Positions 57,866-64,000 of a stretch of DNA of 64,000 nucleotides are shown piece by piece. Position numbers and translations under genes: made by a program. Positions within the stretch are counted from its first letter, which is position 1. Every line of letters starts with the position of its first letter. The DNA lies in NCBI GenBank assembly GCA_951406725.2, contig OX597838.1, forward strand, positions 33,294,001 through 33,358,000, given 5' to 3'. The DNA comes from Octopus vulgaris. Its lineage: Eukaryota. Under the pieces are notes generated by a model that had not been told where the DNA came from, searched no databases, and was given only the letters and a program-made list of their open reading frames with translations.

Positions 57866-59129
57866 TGTATTATGTCGTTATTCAGTTTTATTTCAAGATT
57901 TCTTGCTAACAGAGAAGGAGCTAAAACGCATTCGCCCGTAAGACGCACCCCCGACTTACAAGGTTCAAATCGGGAATTTTATCATTGACCCGAGTATAAG
58001 TCGCAGCGAATATTTTCTTGCTGGAGAGCAAAGTTCGATTAGGAACCGCAGCCGACATAGTTATTGTTCGCCAACCGAGCTTTCAGTAAGCTGAACATGA
58101 CTTATGACTATTATTCCATTAAGTCCATGCGTTTTAGAAACCGTTGTTTATAATATAAAATTTAACCCTTTTCGGTTATTCCAAGCGTCGGAACTTTAGA
58201 CGTGACTTGTACCTGGAAAATATCTGAAGACTTTTTTTATAGGATGCGCTTTTAAGTCGCATCCCCGGCTTCAGGTAAAAATTTCAGGGTAAAAAAGTGC
58301 GACTTATATATAGCCGAGTATATACGGAAAATTATAAACTTCTGGAAAGTTTTATAAATTTTTGGAGTTTTGTTATTTCTTTATTGCCCACAAGGGGCTA
58401 AACATAGAGGGAACAAACAAGGACAGACAAAGGGATTAAGTCGATTATATCGACCCCAGTGCGTAACTGGTACTTATTTAATCGACCCCGAAAGGATGAA
58501 AGGCAAAGTCGACCTCGGCGGAATTTCAACTCAGAACGTAACGGCAGACGAAATACTGCTAAGCATTTGGCCCGGCGTGCTAACGTTTCCGCCAGCTCGC
58601 CACTTTAAATTTTTGGAGTTTCTGTTAATGGCTCGGATCTCTTGTCAACCAATCAGCTTTCTCCTTTCTGGCTTTGGGAGGAGGGGGGAGGGTACAGACA
58701 CGAAGAAAAAGAGTAGGGGAGGGAGGGAGAGAGTGATAGAGAGAGGGGAATAAGAGAGCGAGGGAGGAAAGTACTGAAAGTAGAAAGAGGGAGGAGGGAC
58801 AGAGGGAGAGAGAGGAATGGAGGGAGGGGAGGAGGGGAGTGAGTGAGTGAGGGAAGGAGGTACAGAGAGAGGGGAAGAGAGAAAGAGAGTATAAGAGAGT
58901 TAATGGAGGAAGTAAGCAAGTTATTGCAACTAATTTTAGACCCAATTCAATATTATTTTTAGCTCCTCCCCTGTTGGTGTCTTAATATTATTGTTTCTTG
59001 GGACCCCAACAGGTGTCCACCTCCACCTCCACCACCACCACCAGCGCTACCACCGCCGCCACCACCACTTCTTTTAATGCTGTCATTAGCAGAAATTAAT
59101 TGTTATTGTAATTATTGCAGCTGCTGTTG

Positions 59130-59560
59130 TAGTGGCGGTGGTGGTGGTGGTGGTGGTACTAGTGGTTGTGATGATAGAGGCAATGGTGGTGGTGGTGGTA
59201 ATGTGGTGGTGGTGGTGGTGGTGATGATGGAGGCAGTGGTGATGGTTGTGATGGTGGTGGTGGTAGTCATGTGATGGTGGTTATAAGGATGGAGGTGATG
59301 ATCGAAGTAATGGTTATGGTGGTGGTGGTGGTGGTGGTGGTGTTGGTGGTAACGTGGTGGTGGTGATAGTGATGGTGGTGATGATCGAAGTAATGGTTGT
59401 GGTGGTAGTGGTGGTGATGGTGGTAGTGATGATGGAGGCAATGGTGGTGGTGGTGGTTGTGGTGGCAGTGGTGGTGGTGGTGGTGGTGGTGGTAGGTGTG
59501 GTGGTGGTGGTAGTGGTGGTGGTGGTGGGGTGATGGTTGTGGTAGTGGTGGTGATAGAAG
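59130..59560. repeat. Degenerate (GGT)n repeat
   Basis: Direct inspection. Confidence 0.9.
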
Positions 59561-60574
59561 TGGTTTCGATTTAGCCACAGCTTAGTCCTGATGGTGTAAG
59601 CCCTATAATAAAAGACCATCCAACCCTGACCAACGCATCTCTTCTTGTTTTGCTAAGACTTAGCTGCTTTCTCTAGCAGGTCGAGTGACAGTGCTGAGGC
59701 TCGCTTGTTTAGTTTTAAAATCCGCAACCCATCCCCCACCCCCACTCCTCGTGGTCTTTTTCTTCATTTTTACTTCTTCTCTGTAAAAGCAAGGAAAATT
59801 TGTTGACAGGTTTGCCCGAGTTGCAAAAACAGCAACAACAACAACAGCTGGGTGGAGGCGCAATGGCCCAGTGGTTAGGGCAGCAGACTCGCGGTCGGAA
59901 GAACGCGGTTTCGATTCCCAGACCGGGCATTGTGAGTGTTTATTGAGCAAAAACAAACCTAAGCTCCACGAGGCTCCGGCGGGAGGGCGGGGGTGAACCC
60001 TGCTGTACTCTTTCACCACGACTTGTCTTTTTATGTGGAAATATAGTAGGTTCAGTCGAAGGTTCGAATGCGGCGGAGGGACTGAAACAAAAAATTACAA
60101 TAAAACAGAGTGGAAACAGAGTGTTTCGGTGGTGTGGTGCGCGGAAGATTGTTTGTCTTAAAGTCATCTTCACAGATGTCCGTGTTGGATGCAATGTAAT
60201 CCATTAATTTTTTTATTGTCTGTGTCTATTGCAGTTAGTAGTGTGTGTGGTTTTGCGGGTTCATTGATTTTTTGATTGTCTAGGGGGATGCTGTCCGGAG
60301 TTAAATATCTCCCTGCTTTACTTCCTTGTTTGGTGGGCTTTTTTTGATCTTTTCCTTTTACCCCCTGTGGCTATTTGCCATTCCGTCGAACTTTCGTCGT
60401 CCGACGAATCAGAAGGGGGTAAAGGCAAAGCATGTATGCTTATAGAAATTGTTGATGTTTTGTGTGGTGTTTGTGTTGTTGTGGTGTTAGGTGTAGAATT
60501 TTGTCTTCTCGTCACTGTTTTCTGTCTTTTTAATTGTCATCCACCACCCCCATTGTGTGTAAACCAAAATTAAA

Positions 60575-61600
60575 TGAAAAATTGCCCGCGATAAAAAGTA
60601 AATATTATTCAAAAGTAGATGTTCTGTGGTTAAGAGTACAAATCGATTTCGTTCGTCCTTTAAATGGTTCTTACTACTCAGTGATAGTTGATAGTTTCTC
60701 GAAATGGCCTGAAATTTGTAAGTGCAAAAACACCCAGCTTCCTCAAGTGTGATAATTTTTTCACACGAATCGTTTGCAAGATCTGGCATCCCAGACAAGA
60801 TAGTGTGTGACAAGACACTATTAGAGTTTGTGTCTAGCGAATTTTAAAAGTTTTGTGAAACGTTCGCGGTAGAGCATGTAACTACTGCGCCATATCATTC
60901 CAGGTCTAACGGATAAGCAGAACTCTTTGTTGATACCTTCAAAAGAGCCCTTAGAAAATCAAATAAGGAATTCACGGATGAGACAGCTCTACAACAATTT
61001 TTAAGAGTGTAGCGTGTGATACCAAATCCGAATACACCAGCAGATAGCTCTCTAGCGGAGCTGATGTTTGGGAGGAAGGTAAAATCAGTCTTTGATAAAT
61101 TGCTATCTGGCAAGAAAAGAAAACGTGCCAGGGAAAACATATCAAAATTCTTTAAAGTTGATGAAAAGATGTATATGAGGGCATGCAAGAATGGAAAGCG
61201 GATTTGGGAAGATGGCATGATTACCAAATGCTTAGGTAAAATGGTGTATTGATTAAAAAGTAGAAAAGGCATACAAAAGAGACACAGGAAGCAAATGAAA
61301 AAGAGATTCGTGGAAAGTGAACCAAAGAAGTTGGAGAAACCGAAGGAATGGTTGTGCGATACGTTCCAAGTACTAACGTCACTACAGGTGATTGAACCCA
61401 AGCGTACACGTGAGAGGAAAAGAAGACAGAATTCCTGAAAATAGATGCCCAGCGCAAAAAATATCAAATTGTACGAAAAAAAAATCAAAAAAGGGTGGTG
61501 GGGGTGACTAAAAAAATTTTGCTAGATAAAATGACACTTCCTAAGAAAAACGTAAAAGGGGAGATGTTGTAGGGGATTAGTAATAATGGTACACCCCTCT
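60575..61600 (+). mobile_element. Gypsy/Ty3 LTR retrotransposon integrase remnant with possible PPT and 3' LTR start
   Basis: WLRVQIDFVRPLNG..VIVDSFSKWPEI...GIPDKIVCD...TAPYHSRSNG-stop-AELFVDTFKRAL; polypurine aaaaggggaga (61554-61564) followed by TG. Confidence 0.8.
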
Positions 61601-61704
61601 CACGTGACGAATGGAATAACCTAGTCACTCTAAGTAAAGAGAAGTCCGCGAAGTACAAGAGTAAAGAGTAGGCGGTCAGAGATAGTCGTGTCTTCACTGT
61701 GGTT

Positions 61705-62170
61705 TTACTAAGTAGAGACTTCAAACTTGAAATCTTCAAAGCCACAGTCGAACCAATTCTACTATATGGCTCAGAAACCTGGACGTTATCAAAGAAGCTT
61801 GAGAGGCGGTTGGATGGAACCTACACTCGCCTCCTTATGAGAGCTCAAAATCTCTCATGGAAGCGCCATCCAACCAAAGTACAAATATATGGGAAACTAC
61901 CACCTGTGTCATCTCTTGTGATAGGTAGGAGAGTCCAGTTTGCTGGACATTGTTGTAGAGCTGAAAAAGAGGTAATTTCTACTCTTCTCCACTGGAAGCC
62001 ATCTACTCGCAATACCAGAGGGCGCACACTCTCCTACCCTGATGTAATCTCCAGGGATACAGGCATCCAGCAACAGGACCTCCGTAATGCCATGATGGAC
62101 CGTGAAGTCTGGCGTAGCATGGTAAATTCCATTGACTCGACCACGGTCGAACAATGATGATGATGATGGA
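61705..62170 (+). mobile_element. RTE-clade LINE 3' end
   Basis: KLEIFKATVEPILLYGSETWTLSKKLERRLDGTYTRLL...FAGHC...TTVEQ-stop followed by a (TGA)n tail. Confidence 0.85.
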
Positions 62171-62557
62171 TACTGAAGTGGGTGTTATATCAATCCAACA
62201 TTTTAAGGATTATAACAAGAAGAAAAGTCCGGAATCCTTGTTAAATTTAATGATTTCGTTATCTAAAATTTTATTCAGAGAAATTTCTCGTGATCAGGAC
62301 ATATTCGGAAGATAGTCTGTCATTCTGTCGCACCTCGAAAATCATTTTCCTATTCACTGCAAACGTCATTCGCAGCGACAATCACATCCTGGTATCAAGT
62401 GATGATAAATTTAATTGGGATAATTACAAGAAATAAAAAGGGGAAAGTGTAAAGAATCACGAACACAAATTACATAATTATGGTTAAAACAAGAATTTCC
62501 CAGAATTAAAATATGCACGCTGTCTTCATGCGCAAACACACACGTACACGCATTTGC

Positions 62558-62792
62558 ATGTATGTATGTATGTATGTATGTATGTATGTATGTATGTATG
62601 TATGTATGTATGTATGTATGTATGTATGTATGTATGTATGTATGCATGTATGTATGTAAGTATGTATGTATGTATGTATGTATGTATGTATGTACGTATG
62701 TAAGTATGCATGTATGTATGTATGTAAGTATGTATATATGTATGTATGTATGTAAGTATGTATGTATGTATGTATGTATGTAGGTAGGTATG

Positions 62793-62823
<31 letters not shown>

Positions 62824-62968
62824 GTATGTATGTACGTACGTATGTATGTATGTATGTATGTATGCATGTATGTATGTATGTAAGTATGTATTTATGTAAG
62901 TATGTATGTAAGTATGTATGTATGTATGTATGTAAGTATGTATGTATGTACGTATGTATGTATGTACG

Positions 62969-63002
<34 letters not shown>

Positions 63003-63244
63003 CGTATGTATGTATGTACGTATGTATATATGCATGTATGTATGTATGTAAGTATGTATGTATGTACGTATGTATGTATGTATGTATGTATGTATGTATG
63101 TATGTATGTATGTATGTATGTATATATGTATGTATGTACGTATGTATGTATGTAAGTATGTATGTAAGTATGTATGTATGTATGTATGTATGTAGGTAGG
63201 TATGTATGTATGTATGTATGTATGTATGTATGTATGTATGTATG

Positions 63245-63278
<34 letters not shown>

Positions 63279-63708
63279 TGTATGTATGTATGTATGTATG
63301 TATGTATGTATGTATGTATGTATGTATGTATGTATGTATGTATGTATGTATGTATGTACGTATGTATGTATGTATGTACGTATGTATGTATGTATGTATG
63401 TATATATGTATGTATGTACGTATGTATGTATGTACGTATGTATGTAAGTATGTATGTATGTATGTATGTATGTATGTATGTATGTACGTATGTATGTATG
63501 TACGTATGTATGTAAGTATGTATGTATGTATGTATGCATGTATGTATGTATGTATATATGTATGTATGTATGCATGTATGTATGTATGTATGTACGTATG
63601 TATGTATGTACGTATGTACGTATGTATGTATGTATGTATGTATATATGTATGTATGTACGTATGTAGGTAGGTAGGTATGTATGTATGTATGCATGTATG
63701 TATGTATG

Positions 63709-63742
<34 letters not shown>

Positions 63743-63865
63743 TGTATGTATGTATGTATGTATGTATGCATGTATGTATGTATGTATGCATGCATGTTTG
63801 TATGTAAGTATGTATGTATGTAAGATTGTATGTATGTATGTATGTATGCATGCAGGTATGTATGT
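62558..63865. repeat. ~1.3-kb (TATG)n tetranucleotide repeat
   Basis: Direct inspection; a similar (CATA)n tract lies at 23710-24058. Confidence 0.97.
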
Positions 63866-64000
63866 GTTTATATATGAATGTATATACTATCGTGTGTGAA
63901 TAATATTCTTAAGGTCAACATTTACTCATTCACGACCACTTCTAGGCTTTGTCACTATTTCAGTTTTTAAGGCGGCGAACTGGCAGAAACGTTAGCACGC

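Noticed and set aside
57930-58330. Possible Tigger/pogo-like MITE (tataagtcg motifs; similar at 7740-8190)
   Set aside because: Termini and TSD too degraded to define by eye.
60020-60560. Ser/Thr/Lys-rich minus-strand ORF
   Set aside because: Short and low-complexity with no recognisable domain; possibly a LINE ORF1 remnant but unsupported.
62506-63899. 429-aa and 319-aa HTYI-repeat ORFs
   Set aside because: (TATG)n tetranucleotide repeat.

Overview
Eukaryotic, AT-rich, extremely microsatellite- and transposon-rich DNA. The SINE/LINE repertoire suggests a coleoid cephalopod such as Octopus (inference). Nearly all long ORFs in the supplied track are microsatellite artefacts. One real spliced gene can be assembled on the minus strand from four coding exons (24496-24463, 9654-9486, 3896-3736, 1802-1651) with matching GT-AG phases 1/2/1. 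It encodes a 171-aa secreted protein with two peritrophin-A (CBM14, chitin-binding type-2) domains and an acidic Gly/Tyr-rich tail; a TATA-like box and poly(A) signals flank it. The rest is TE debris: tRNA-head SINE families, R4/Dong-type, RTE, L1/Tx1 and CR1-like LINE fragments, Penelope-like GIY-YIG remnants, Tc1/mariner, hAT and piggyBac-like MITEs, non-autonomous Helitrons and a Gypsy integrase remnant. The least obvious signal is a set of about a dozen minimal type-I hammerhead-ribozyme-like motifs from several unrelated short elements. Two have intact cores, one has a compensatory U3-A8 core, and several sit in head-to-head palindromes inside (TA)n tracts. No tools were used, so family names rest on motif recognition only.
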